DNA from: Schmidtea nova
Lineage: Eukaryota
DNA: 64,000 nt
Assembly: GCA_044892505.1 (NCBI GenBank)
Contig: CM097883.1
Span: 284,890,001-284,954,000, forward strand
Direction: 5' to 3'
The notes below the pieces were generated by a model. The model did not search any database, was not told where the DNA came from, and saw only the letters and a program-made list of their open reading frames with translations. Positions 42,119 through 53,148 of this stretch are shown here, one piece after another. Numbering within the stretch: position 1 is the stretch's first letter; every line of letters starts with the position of its first letter. Both the position numbers and the translations under genes were made by a program.

Positions 42119-43183
42119 GAGAAGAAGAACGCGCGTTCCACGCGCGTTCAATGCGTACTGTTATTTGTCTTAAACAACAAGAGGAGAAGAACGCGCGTTG
42201 CACGCGCGTTCAATGCGTACTGTGATCCTTATTAAACACTAAGATACGTGTGCAAAAATTATTATTACAAGTTTTATTAGTCTTTGTTTCGTTGCACATG
42301 GATTGCAATGTCTTTGTTGTAATTCAGGTAGGAAATAGAAAAAATTATAACACACACACACACACCATAATTACCTTTCGAATGATATGTATATTATAAG
42401 GTTTGAATAAGGATTTGTAACACACACTCGTCTGGCAAATTGTAACACACACACTCATCTCACAATTACCTTTTGTTTGATATACATATTATATAGTTTT
42501 AAAAATTTGAACCTTGGACCCTTTAAGGGTATGACCATTGTGTGCACCCTTCAATTACCTTTTGTTTGATACATATATTATATAGTTTTTAAAATTTTGA
42601 GTCTTGGACCCTTCAAGGGTCGACCACCCACCTTCGAGGGTTGACCATCATACTCAAATCTCAATTACCTTTTGTTTGATATATAACTTGTAATGTTTAA
42701 AAATATTTGAAGGATTTTGACCCCTTGAAGGTTGAGCACACACCATACACCTTCGAAGGTATGACCATTGTGTGCACATCGGTATTACCTTTCGAATGAT
42801 GTATTACACACAAGGTTTGAAAAATCTGAAGGTTTTTGACCCTTTGAAGGTTAAGGACACACCATAGACCCTCGAGGGTATGACCATTGTGTGCACCTCT
42901 CAAAGACCTTTCGAATGATACCCTTGTTTGAAGGTTTGACCTTATTTGACCTTTGGAAATTCAAATTCAAAATTTGAATTTGAAATGAGTCATCGATGAC
43001 GTCATAAAATTCAAATTTGAAATGAGTCATCGATGACGTCATCGATGAGTCATACCGATGAGTCATCGGGATGGGTCATCGATGAGTCATCGATGAGTCA
43101 TAAAAAATTTTTCTCACCCCCCCGGGGGGGTGACGTCATTTCCTTTGTTCTGCGATGACTCATGCTCCACATAACTGCCTACT
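42119..43183 (-). repeat. Right TIR of the foldback element
   Basis: Reverse complement of 152-1235; ends CTGCCTACT, followed by TSD AACACA. Confidence 0.9.
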
Positions 43184-43408
43184 AACACAGTCCAGAATCC
43201 TGTCATGTATACTATTTCTGACTCTGATAACAATATAGTCAGTGGGAAATTCTATGAACAAGAATTACAAGTTATTCCCCCTCCGACAATATTTAGAATT
43301 CAAAAAATATTGAAAACTAAAATGGTAGGTAAGGATAAACAATACTATGTAAAGTGGCATGGATATAAAGAACCATCATGGATATCGTCAAAAGACCTAG
43401 TAAAGTGA
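43184..43408 (+). pseudogene. Polinton integrase C-terminus with chromodomain, 3' piece (starts with the right TSD)
   Basis: NTVQNPVMYTISD...GKFYEQELQ...FRIQKIL...QYYVKWHGY...SWI, in frame with 2-151. Confidence 0.88.
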
Positions 43409-44424
43409 ATTTCTATACTATATTACCAAGTAATAGCTGTCCACTAATACATCCAGACAATCAAGCCAGTAAATTCATGGTCAATCTTCAAAATCCAATT
43501 TATTTAGATGGTAATTGGGAAGTTGCATTACAAGATTTCACGTTTGTGTACAATACATTTCCATTTTATAGTCAATGTAAGATTGATTACAAAAGAATTG
43601 AAAATAGAACATGCAGTGGTCAATTCATCATCAACAATTTTGAAAGGATATATACTATTCCTAACCAAAATTTGAATGTTCATTGTAGTATGTATTTCAG
43701 CAATGATTGTTTAAATATTAATTGTGATTTTACTCCATATACAATTACATTTAAAAATATTAAAGAAGCCAAGCGAATGGGAAGTCATCAACTTAAAATT
43801 GTAAGTACACTAAAAGAATATCAATTAAAGTTCATATTATTTGAACCGAATAGTTATTTGAAAGAAGATATTACAGTGACAATATCATATGATGCAGAAA
43901 TTGAAGATACATTTACATTTGCAAATGATTTGTATATAATGCAACTGGAAGATTTATCTAAATATTTATCATTCAATTGTTCCCATATCTTTAAAACTCT
44001 AGAGATTAATAAATGGTTCCAATTCTGTCTCAATGATAATATTAGTGAAGTTACATTTGATAAAAACTTGGTCAATACTTTAGGATTAGCTAAACAAACG
44101 TATAGAGACCGAAACCTTGTCGATGGGACTGTGAAACCTAAAATACTTGTTCATCATCAACAAATGTTCATTTACAGTAACATTATTGAACCAATAATTG
44201 TCGGTGATTCTCTGGTTCCTCTACTGAAATCGGTATGGATCGAAAAATATGAACAGGATGAAGTTGTACAAATAGTAATGGATAATCCAATGTACTTACC
44301 TATTTCTACCTCATGTATAAACAATATAGAAATAAATATACGTGACGATAGTGGTAAATTAATAAATTTTCCAAAAGATTCAAAAACGCATTTGACATTA
44401 CATTTTCGTAGATTAAATGAGTAA
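43378..44424 (+). CDS. Polinton minor capsid (penton-like) protein
   Basis: FYTILPSNS...F.V.L..PI.L.G.WEVAL and IYSNIIEP.IVGD...PLL...IEINIRDDSG...LTLHFR motifs. Confidence 0.85.
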   Translation: MDIVKRPSKVNFYTILPSNSCPLIHPDNQASKFMVNLQNPIYLDGNWEVALQDFTFVYNTFPFYSQCKIDYKRIENRTCSGQFIINNFERIYTIPNQNLNVHCSMYFSNDCLNINCDFTPYTITFKNIKEAKRMGSHQLKIVSTLKEYQLKFILFEPNSYLKEDITVTISYDAEIEDTFTFANDLYIMQLEDLSKYLSFNCSHIFKTLEINKWFQFCLNDNISEVTFDKNLVNTLGLAKQTYRDRNLVDGTVKPKILVHHQQMFIYSNIIEPIIVGDSLVPLLKSVWIEKYEQDEVVQIVMDNPMYLPISTSCINNIEINIRDDSGKLINFPKDSKTHLTLHFRRLNE

Positions 44425-44797
44425 TTCCGATATAATTTCATTGTACAGTAATAGCCAAACCGGTGGCGAATTACCGTATTTTGTAGGTAAACAGAATGGA
44501 TCAGGTTGGTTGAAAACTATTGGTAGATTTGCACTTCCAATACTTAAGCGACTAGGTAGTTTTGGATTCAATACTGCCAAGGATGTAATCATGAAAGATA
44601 ATAAACTATTACCGTCATTGAAAACAAATGCTTTGGCCGCAGTTAATAAAGCTATACCTGCTGTAACACAAATGATTCCTTCAATTACAAATATGTTTAC
44701 AAAAAATGAACCGGAACCTGTACCAGTAGGACCAAGACGTAAACGAAGACGTATAAACAAACGAATGAAAGGTCATGGAACTATATTTGAAGAATGA
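44417..44797 (+). CDS. Polinton core protein (adenovirus pVII/pX-like)
   Basis: QTGG and QNGSGW adenain-type cleavage sites, amphipathic FALPILKRLG, basic RRKRRR tail. Confidence 0.7.
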   Translation: MSNSDIISLYSNSQTGGELPYFVGKQNGSGWLKTIGRFALPILKRLGSFGFNTAKDVIMKDNKLLPSLKTNALAAVNKAIPAVTQMIPSITNMFTKNEPEPVPVGPRRKRRRINKRMKGHGTIFEE

Positions 44798-46013
44798 TTT
44801 GCGGTAAATCTGAATTATGTATTTTTGATCGACCAAGCCCCAAGCAGTTATTGAATATGGGGTGTTTGAAGATGTGTTTCCAATGAATTCTGTTACAGAT
44901 AGTAGAAATGATGTGGAATTTTACATTAATGGTTCACAAACCGAATATTTGGATTTGAACGATACGCTATTATCCGTTACGGTCAAAGTTGTAGATAAAG
45001 ATAAAAAGAACTTAGTTGATGCGAGTGATGTAGTACCTAATAATTACTTGTTTCATACACTTTTCAAAGATGCAATTCTTGGATTTAATAATATAAAAAT
45101 CGAGGGTGGAAACAATACATATGCACACAAGGCAATAATCGAAACTATTTTAAATTATACGAATGATTCAAAAGAAACTTGTCTTACTCCAATGGGATAT
45201 GGGGCAAGTGACGATAGAAAAAAGTGGATCAAGGGATCGAAACTTTTTAACATGTGTTCTTCATTACAACTCGATTTTATGGATCAACCTAAATACTTAC
45301 TTCCCGGAGTTAATGTACATATTAGATTGAAGCGATCTGATTCTGCATTATCATTAAAATCAGCAACTGGGAAACCAATACTCCAATTAGTAGACGCTAA
45401 ATTAATGGTTCGAAGAGTTCGGTGTGAATCTTCAGTTTTGGCCGGTCATCAAATTGGTTTAAATAGCAAACATGCAATTTATCCGATAAAATCCAAAGAA
45501 ATCGTATCGTTTGCAATTGGTAAAGGTGCATCATCATTTTACAAGGAGCAAATATTTGGAGATAGAAGAATGCCTAATTTCATTCTTGTGGCTTTTCAAA
45601 CAAAAAATCAATATAACGGGTCTTATGCTGAATCTTCATCTACATTCAAACACTTTAATGTAACTTCATTATCATTATCGAAAAATACCGATTATCGAGA
45701 AACTTATACTCAAGATTTTGAAAATGATAATTTTAGTGCCACATATATGCAAAGTCTTGTTAGAAATTTAGGATATTTAGATAAAAACTTGAATTGTGGT
45801 ATAAGTCTCGATGAATTTAAATCAAGTTATCCATTCTTTACTTTTGTTCTTGCTCCTGATTTTGACTTGAATCAAAGTCAAATCCCGCAAAATGGGAATT
45901 TACGATTAGATATCAAATTTGGTAAAGCCATTGACGAACCGGTTCATGTAATAATATATGGATTGTTTGAAAATGAAGTACAAATTACTGCGAATCGAAC
46001 TGTATTAGTTTGA
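44794..46013 (+). CDS. Polinton double jelly-roll major capsid protein, with a 1-nt frameshift near 44838
   Basis: ATG at 44794 gives ICGKSELCIFDRPSP, which joins QAVIEYGVFEDVFP if one base is restored. Body has YLDLNDT, HTLFKD, YAHKA.IETILNY and GNLRLDIKF. May be a sequencing error or a real lesion. Confidence 0.85.
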
Positions 46014-46049
46014 GCAGAGCTCAAACATTATTAGTTTGTGCAGGTATAA

Positions 46050-46453
46050 ATGAACCAAAAGATAGAAATAATTGTCATGGAGTAAGTTTTTTAATTACTA
46101 AAATAATTAATTAAATTAGTTCTGTTCAGGTATATAGACTTGGTAAAAAACTATTGGGAAATCAATTTATTGGAGTTTATCCACTAGATAAAATTCCGTA
46201 TTTAGATATTAATCAGGCCATCATTGTAAATACTCAGACATCTACTTTGGGCGGCGAGCATTGGATTGCTGTTTACGTGAAACCGGATCGAATACATGTA
46301 TTTGATCCATTTGGATATTATTATCCCAATTTACTAGTTCGAAAATTGCAGACTATGGGTAAACCGATTGTATATAATAGAATTCGGTATCAACATCCAT
46401 TCTCGACCACTTGTGGTCAACATTGCCTTGCATGGCTAAAATCTATGTTATAA
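46050..46453 (+). CDS. Polinton adenain-like cysteine protease (5' end unresolved; candidate 48-nt intron 46082-46129)
   Basis: IVNT...GEHW, FDPFG and YQ...STTCGQHC supply the catalytic H, D, Q and C. The ORF track starts at a TTG. Confidence 0.8.
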
Positions 46454-46486
46454 ACAATTTAGTTTAATAAATTTTGTTGTGAAAAA

Positions 46487-46903
46487 ATGACTTGTTATTT
46501 TATTGATATTTACGGTTATAATGATATGGGAGGATTAATTATTAAAGAATTATGTATTATGAATGTTAATAATATTTTTAAACCAAAGTATTATATATAC
46601 AATGATTTACCGTTCTGGGCTGGAATTGGAATTCCCGATCGATTAGAATGGTATGAAGGACAAGATTACTTTTGCCCAACATGTATTATGAATGATATTG
46701 AAGATACTAGTGCTATTTTCTATGTCACTGATGCTGATAAACTCCAAGTCTTGAAGAAATATTTCCCGAAATTGAGATTAATTAAATATAATTTTAAAGA
46801 AATTGAAGATGTTCCAGATAATATATCATGTCCATATAGGGATCATAGTATGTGTGCCTATAAAGGATGTTTGAGTGCAGTTATTGATTATTTAAAGCAA
46901 TAA
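46487..46903 (+). CDS. Conserved Polinton accessory protein (possibly an inactive DEDD/DnaQ-like fold with a C-terminal Cys/His cluster)
   Basis: FIDIYGY...IIKELCI...IFYV...K...L...CP...H..CA pattern, recalled from Maverick ORFs. Confidence 0.45.
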   Translation: MTCYFIDIYGYNDMGGLIIKELCIMNVNNIFKPKYYIYNDLPFWAGIGIPDRLEWYEGQDYFCPTCIMNDIEDTSAIFYVTDADKLQVLKKYFPKLRLIKYNFKEIEDVPDNISCPYRDHSMCAYKGCLSAVIDYLKQ

Positions 46904-46945
46904 ATGTATTGTTATTTTAATAAATTTTAATAATGTGTATTAATG

Positions 46946-46950
<5 letters not shown>

Positions 46951-47008
<58 letters not shown>
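46951..47008. repeat. (ATT)n microsatellite
   Basis: Uninterrupted ATT run. Confidence 0.95.
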
Positions 47009-47369
47009 TTATAAATATTATTATCAACTCTTTATTTTATAAATGTAATTATTATTATTATTTTATAAATGTTATTAAATTATTCGTCACATGTATATCA
47101 TAAAGCATGATGACATCAACAAAGCCTTTGTCAATAAAGTCACGACATAAAGACACATGGGGTCGTGAACTTACATGTCTTTATGTAGTCACATAACAAC
47201 TATCGTGACATAAACAAACATGCAGTATGTGTGCATTTATTTCCCTATCCTATCTCGATTCTGATTGGATGGTTAATAAAACTTGAAATTATCTGCTTTA
47301 TATAGTCTATACTTGTATTATTTCGTCACTTTTAATCACAAAATCTATTATCAAGTTTTTTAAACAAAA

Positions 47370-47807
47370 ATGAATAATTTAATGAATCAAGGACGAGTTT
47401 CTCGAAAATCATACGGAGCTGGAGTCAATGGTAAATTTACTTTTTATTTATTTACTTATTTATTTTTAATATTATTAGAAGTTAATATAGCGAACAATAT
47501 CGCGAACAATATCTTAAATAACAACGGATCTGTCACTGGGACTGGAGTCATTGGAACTGGAGTCATTGGAAATAGAGTCAATGGTATATTTACTTTTATT
47601 ATTGTTAATTTTAATTGACAATAATCTTTAGAAATTAATAATGTAATAAATTACGGCCAAACTGATGCTCAAATTACTGCTGGTTCTCGTTTTTATGCCC
47701 CAAATGCAGCTGGTTCTACTTGCAATGGATCAAATTTTAATGCTGCTGGATTAACGATTGGATTGAAAAAATGTAAATATTTTGATGATTTTTTATATTA
47801 TATCTAA
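47370..47807 (+). CDS. Three-exon Gly/Asn-rich Polinton protein (~114 aa)
   Basis: Exons 47370-47430, 47479-47583 and 47632-47807; two 48-nt phase-1 GT-AG introns; frame open to the TAA at 47805. Confidence 0.6.
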
Positions 47808-48476
47808 GAAAATATATTATTAAATATTTTATTATTTTATAATATTAGAAATGATGATATTATTAAAAAATAATAATAATATTTTTAAAATTTTATGAAT
47901 TTTATGAAAATTAAATGCGTTATGAATTTTAAGAAGTAAAAGTAAATATTTTATTATTTTATAATAATAATATTAGAAATGATAATATTATTATAAAACA
48001 ATAATAATATTTTAAACATTTATGAATTTATTAAAGATGAAATGATTTATATATTTTTATGAAAATGATTTATTTATGACCATTTATTTACGAAGAAGAA
48101 ATTATTTATTTATTTATTTTATTTATTTATGAAAATAAAATGATTTATTTATAAAAAATGATTTATATATATGAAAAAGAATGATTAATGTATTTATGAT
48201 TAAGAAACCTTTTTATGAACGATAATTTTATGATAACATATTATTTTTAATAATTTACAGTCACAATATTATCAAAAGTTATTTTAAAAATTTTAAATAT
48301 TTTTTATTTAAACTTAATATAATACGTAATAGTTTTTGTAAATCATTACGTAATATGTTAAAGGTAAATAAAATGTTTTTTTTTATACTTGAATTTAATA
48401 TTTTATTTCCTGTTATATAGGCAATTTATACCCGCAATACTGCAACAGTACTTCCCATAATAACTGCCACGTCATA

Positions 48477-51400
48477 ATGGAAAAGTATTACTCTTATAAG
48501 TATAACGGTATCACCCACCTTTTATGCCCTAATATTAATATTATTGATAACATACCATATATACAATTTTATGAAAAACACTGTATTCATTTGAGTCAGT
48601 ATATGACATCTAAAAAATCACTTTTTAATAAATTATATTCAACACATAACCAACAAACACTTAACCAACAAACAATAATTAATCAACAAATACCAGACCA
48701 AGTACGAAATATTAACAAAGAGCTTGATAACAATCAAATAAATGAATTAATTAATATTAATAAACAATTAAATAATAACCTAAATATTTTAATTAATAAT
48801 TTAAATAATAATAAAAGAAAAATTTTTAATGAGGATTCAATTCCTCAAAAATATCAAATAATTGAAATAAGTGACGATGAAATCATCGAAATCAGTGATG
48901 ATGATGATCAAATAATTAATAATAATTTAATTAATCAAGTAGGATGCGGAAATGTCGAGGTTATTTCCGACTTAAACGATTCCCACATAATTTTAAAAAT
49001 GGATGTATCATCCTTAAACTTAAAAATTGTTGTTGTTCCAGATATTTTAATTAATAAATTAAATTTAACAGTTTCGCAGATGAGTTCTGTAAAAATTCAG
49101 TTTTGTATAAAGGTAGAATTTGAGAAAGATGACGAACTCCAATCTTTCGTAATCTCAAATTCTGCCAGAACTATGAGTGATACCTTCATTGATGAAGCTA
49201 TTGCTCTTTTAAACGAAAAAATTATTAAAATTAACGAAAAGGGTTCAAATTGGACGATACATAAAATTGAATATATAAGTTTTTTATTAACAAAATATAG
49301 TGAAATTAGTCGCTTAAGTGGTCGTCGATTTCTCGCAACTCCTAAAACTTTACTTCGTAAATACTGCATTGTTAATATTGAAAATCAGGATGAGTTTTGC
49401 TTTCTTTATAGCATTTTGGCTATTTTAAAATATGATAGTATTATTCCTGAGTTGAGACATCTTCCTTCCTCTTATAACCTTTCACAACTAAAGTATGATG
49501 CTGCTGATATGCCCATGAAACTTGGAAATATTTCTAAGTTTGAACGACAAAATCCAGGGTATGCAATTAATGTTTTGTCGTATGATGAAACTGCGTTGAT
49601 TGATATAAGTAATGCCGGCTCTATAATGAAACATCCCTTTATAGATATAATTTATAAAAGTAAGGTTGTAGGAGGAACACCAATTAACTTACTGCTTTTA
49701 GATAATAATAAAAATTTTCATTACACCGCCATAACTGATTTAAATCGATTCTTAAATTGCAGAAATGCATCAATAACTTCTGTCCGTATTTGCTGTCAAT
49801 GGTGTCCTCGGTGTCTTAACGGTTTCCGAACTGATGATTGTTTTAATCGTCATCGTGGTCTTTGTGAAAATAATCAATTGGGTACAACTTTGTACACTTT
49901 GCCTAAAAACCCTTTGCTTGAATTTACTGATTGGAAGAAAACTGTAACTCCTCCCTTTGTCATTTATGCCGATTTTGAGGCAATTTTACCGAAAGACACC
50001 AAATATTATCAAAAACATTTACCGATTGCAGCTGACTTATTACTAATTAATAACTTCACCGGTGAAAAAATCTACAAATCATTTTTAGGGCTTGATTGTG
50101 TAGATCAATTTCTTCACGAAATTGAAGATATAAGAAAATATATTGTAAGTCCCTATTTTTATAAAAATTACAATAAGAAAATGATCTTCACTGGCGATGA
50201 TCAAATAACTTTTAATAACAGCACAAACTGTCATTTGTGCAAGAAACTGTTAGTAGAACCAGTTAGAGATCACGACCATTTTTCAGGTCAATTTATTGGT
50301 GCAGCTTGCAAAAAGTGTAATCTTAGCAGGCAAATAAGACACACTTTGCCTGTTGTCTTTAATAATTTGAGAGGGTATGATCTCCATCATATCCTCAAAT
50401 TTGGCTTATCTCGGTATACATCTTGGAATATAAGCTGCATTCCAATTACTAGCGAGAAATTTCTTTCACTTTTTGCTAATATTGATTCTTTGTCTGTGAA
50501 ATTTATTGACTCTTGTCAATTTGTGTCTGAATCATTAAAAGGTGCTGTAGCAACACTAACATCTTTGCCATTAACATCTTCAGAGTTCAGGGGAACTATA
50601 ATTAACAGCAAGGGAATTTTTCCTTACGATGTTGCGACCTCTTTAGATGTTTTAAGGTCAACATCAGAATTACCACCAATTTGGAAAGGTGTTGACGCAG
50701 AGGAATATGAGTTGGCTAAAGTAATATGGCGAGAAACATCATGTACTTGCCTTTTGGATTACATGATGGTGTATCTAAAACTTGATGTGTTTTTACTGGC
50801 TGACTTTTTTCAGCAATTTCGGGCTAAGAGCATTGCCCATAACAAACTTGAGCCCCTTAATTTCTTGGGGATTCCCGGTATGAGTTGGAGTTCGGCTTTG
50901 ATGACTCTTGAGAAACCGATAACATTATTGACTGACATTGAAATGTACAATTTCTTTGAAGGGGGAATTCGTGGGGGGCTTACTTTTGTAAACAAACATT
51001 ATGTTAAAAGTAGTGCGGATACAGAGTTGTTGTATATCGATATCAACAACCTGTATGGATGGGCTTTATCACAAAAGCTACCCGAGGGTAATTTTCAATG
51101 GGTGACCGATGATAATTTATTAACTAATTTATTAATTGAATGCGCTACGGTAGATCTAAGTTTGCTTAGCTATGGTTATACCATAGAAGTAGATTTAGAA
51201 ATACCGGCATCTATTCACGATAAATTGGATGATTTTCCAATTGCCGCTGAAAAGATGTGCGCTCTTTTTTCCAAAGTTAAGAAGCTGTTGCTAACGCACA
51301 ACTCCAAAAAGAACTACGTTCTTCATTGGAGGCTTCTACAGATTTTTATTAATTTAGGTGCACTTGTAACAAAAATACATAGGGCAATTAAATACGACCA

Positions 51401-52403
51401 AAGCTATGTATTTAAAAATTACATTGACACAAACACACAGTTAAGAGCAACATCGACAAGTAAATTAGACAAAAATTACTACAAGTTGCTCAACAACAGT
51501 TTGTATGGAAAAACTGTTGAGAACTTGAAAAAACGAATTAATCTGCGACTCTGCAATTCAGCACAAAAACTAATCACATATGCCTCAAAACCGGCATTTA
51601 GGAAAACCACAAGGATAGACGACGATTTGATTTCGGTTTTGCTTAGGAAGGAATCAGTGTGTTTGGATAGACCTAGTTACATTGGGCAAACTGTACTAGA
51701 TTTATCCAAACTGAGAATGTACGAGTTGCAGTACAATGAGTTACAAAAATATCGTAATGAATTGAACTGTCAGATTAATATAGTTGCTGGAGACACTGAT
51801 TCCTTCTTTTTGGAGATTAAAAATTGTAGTCTTGACATTCTTTTAGCTGCTATGATTAGAGACCAGTTGCTTGACACATCCAATTATGACCCTAATCATC
51901 CGTTATATAATAGGAACCTTGACTCTGTCATTGGCAAGTTCAAAGACGAGAGTAAAGGACTATTATATAAGGAGTGGGTGTTCCTGAGGCCTAAATGTTA
52001 CAGTTTGTTGGGTGATGCGAGTAACATGAAGGCTAAGGGAGTTGATTTGAAAGATACTGGACTGAGTCATGAGTCGTATCTTGATTGTTATGTGAACAAT
52101 AGGATTTACAAGGTACCGCAATTTAGAATATGCAGCAAAAATCATCAGCTATATAGCATTAAGAACAACAAAAAAGCACTGACAAATATGGACGACAAAA
52201 GGTTTTGGGTAACAAAAAATAAAAGTTTAGCCTATGGCAATTTTCGGGTGGGTGATACCTTTATTGATGAACCAGATGATGATCCAGAACCTTTCAATCA
52301 GCCAATCTCTCCAGTTTTGTATCAAAATAATGAAGGAAATGATCCAGACAATCCAGATGATTTTATTGATGATTTTAACAATGATCATGATTATTTTGCT
52401 TGA
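48477..52403 (+). CDS. pPolB: Protein-primed family B DNA polymerase of the Polinton
   Basis: YADFE, VRDHDH...AACKKCN, FNNLRGYD, KGIFPYD, YLKLDV, YIDINNLYG, KLLNNSLYGK, GDTDS; uninterrupted 1308 aa. Confidence 0.95.
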   Translation: MEKYYSYKYNGITHLLCPNINIIDNIPYIQFYEKHCIHLSQYMTSKKSLFNKLYSTHNQQTLNQQTIINQQIPDQVRNINKELDNNQINELININKQLNNNLNILINNLNNNKRKIFNEDSIPQKYQIIEISDDEIIEISDDDDQIINNNLINQVGCGNVEVISDLNDSHIILKMDVSSLNLKIVVVPDILINKLNLTVSQMSSVKIQFCIKVEFEKDDELQSFVISNSARTMSDTFIDEAIALLNEKIIKINEKGSNWTIHKIEYISFLLTKYSEISRLSGRRFLATPKTLLRKYCIVNIENQDEFCFLYSILAILKYDSIIPELRHLPSSYNLSQLKYDAADMPMKLGNISKFERQNPGYAINVLSYDETALIDISNAGSIMKHPFIDIIYKSKVVGGTPINLLLLDNNKNFHYTAITDLNRFLNCRNASITSVRICCQWCPRCLNGFRTDDCFNRHRGLCENNQLGTTLYTLPKNPLLEFTDWKKTVTPPFVIYADFEAILPKDTKYYQKHLPIAADLLLINNFTGEKIYKSFLGLDCVDQFLHEIEDIRKYIVSPYFYKNYNKKMIFTGDDQITFNNSTNCHLCKKLLVEPVRDHDHFSGQFIGAACKKCNLSRQIRHTLPVVFNNLRGYDLHHILKFGLSRYTSWNISCIPITSEKFLSLFANIDSLSVKFIDSCQFVSESLKGAVATLTSLPLTSSEFRGTIINSKGIFPYDVATSLDVLRSTSELPPIWKGVDAEEYELAKVIWRETSCTCLLDYMMVYLKLDVFLLADFFQQFRAKSIAHNKLEPLNFLGIPGMSWSSALMTLEKPITLLTDIEMYNFFEGGIRGGLTFVNKHYVKSSADTELLYIDINNLYGWALSQKLPEGNFQWVTDDNLLTNLLIECATVDLSLLSYGYTIEVDLEIPASIHDKLDDFPIAAEKMCALFSKVKKLLLTHNSKKNYVLHWRLLQIFINLGALVTKIHRAIKYDQSYVFKNYIDTNTQLRATSTSKLDKNYYKLLNNSLYGKTVENLKKRINLRLCNSAQKLITYASKPAFRKTTRIDDDLISVLLRKESVCLDRPSYIGQTVLDLSKLRMYELQYNELQKYRNELNCQINIVAGDTDSFFLEIKNCSLDILLAAMIRDQLLDTSNYDPNHPLYNRNLDSVIGKFKDESKGLLYKEWVFLRPKCYSLLGDASNMKAKGVDLKDTGLSHESYLDCYVNNRIYKVPQFRICSKNHQLYSIKNNKKALTNMDDKRFWVTKNKSLAYGNFRVGDTFIDEPDDDPEPFNQPISPVLYQNNEGNDPDNPDDFIDDFNNDHDYFA

Positions 52404-53148
52404 TTTATTTTCATTCAATAGATTTGTTAATTTATTTGTTATCGTTTTTTAATTGTTTTTATTTGTAAAACTTTGTATTAGTTTTTGAAAGTTTTTNNNN
52501 NNNNNNNNNNNNNNNNNNNNNNNNNNNNNNNNNNNNNNNNNNNNNNNNNNNNNNNNNNNNNNNNNNNNNNNNNNNNNNNNNNNNNNNNNNNNNNNNNNNN
52601 NNNNNNNNNNNNNNNNNNNNNNNNNNNNNNNNNNNNNNNNNNNNNNNNNNNNNNNNNNNNNNNNNNNNNNNNNNNNNNNNNNNNNNNNNNNNNNNNNNNN
52701 NNNNNNNNNNNNNNNNNNNNNNNNNNNNNNNNNNNNNNNNNNNNNNNNNNNNNNNNNNNNNNNNNNNNNNNNNNNNNNNNNNNNNNNNNNNNNNNNNNNN
52801 NNNNNNNNNNNNNNNNNNNNNNNNNNNNNNNNNNNNNNNNNNNNNNNNNNNNNNNNNNNNNNNNNNNNNNNNNNNNNNNNNNNNNNNNNNNNNNNNNNNN
52901 NNNNNNNNNNNNNNNNNNNNNNNNNNNNNNNNNNNNNNNNNNNNNNNNNNNNNNNNNNNNNNNNNNNNNNNNNNNNNNNNNNNNNNNNNNNNNNNNNNNN
53001 NNNNNNNNNNNNNNNNNNNNNNNNNNNNNNNNNNNNNNNNNNNNNNNNNNNNNNNNNNNNNNNNNNNNNNNNNNNNNNNNNNNNNNNNNNNNNNNNNNNN
53101 NNNNNNNNNNNNNNNNNNNNNNNNNNNNNNNNNNNNNNNNNNNNNNNN

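Larger units (their letters stand above)
152..43183. mobile_element. Non-autonomous Polinton-TIR foldback element (~14.5 kb once the nested LTR element is removed)
   Basis: Termini A(A)TAGGCAG...CTGCCTACT with TSD AACACA. 152-6975 is the reverse complement of 7789-13241 plus 41799-43183. No integrase, polymerase or capsid ORF. Confidence 0.88.
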
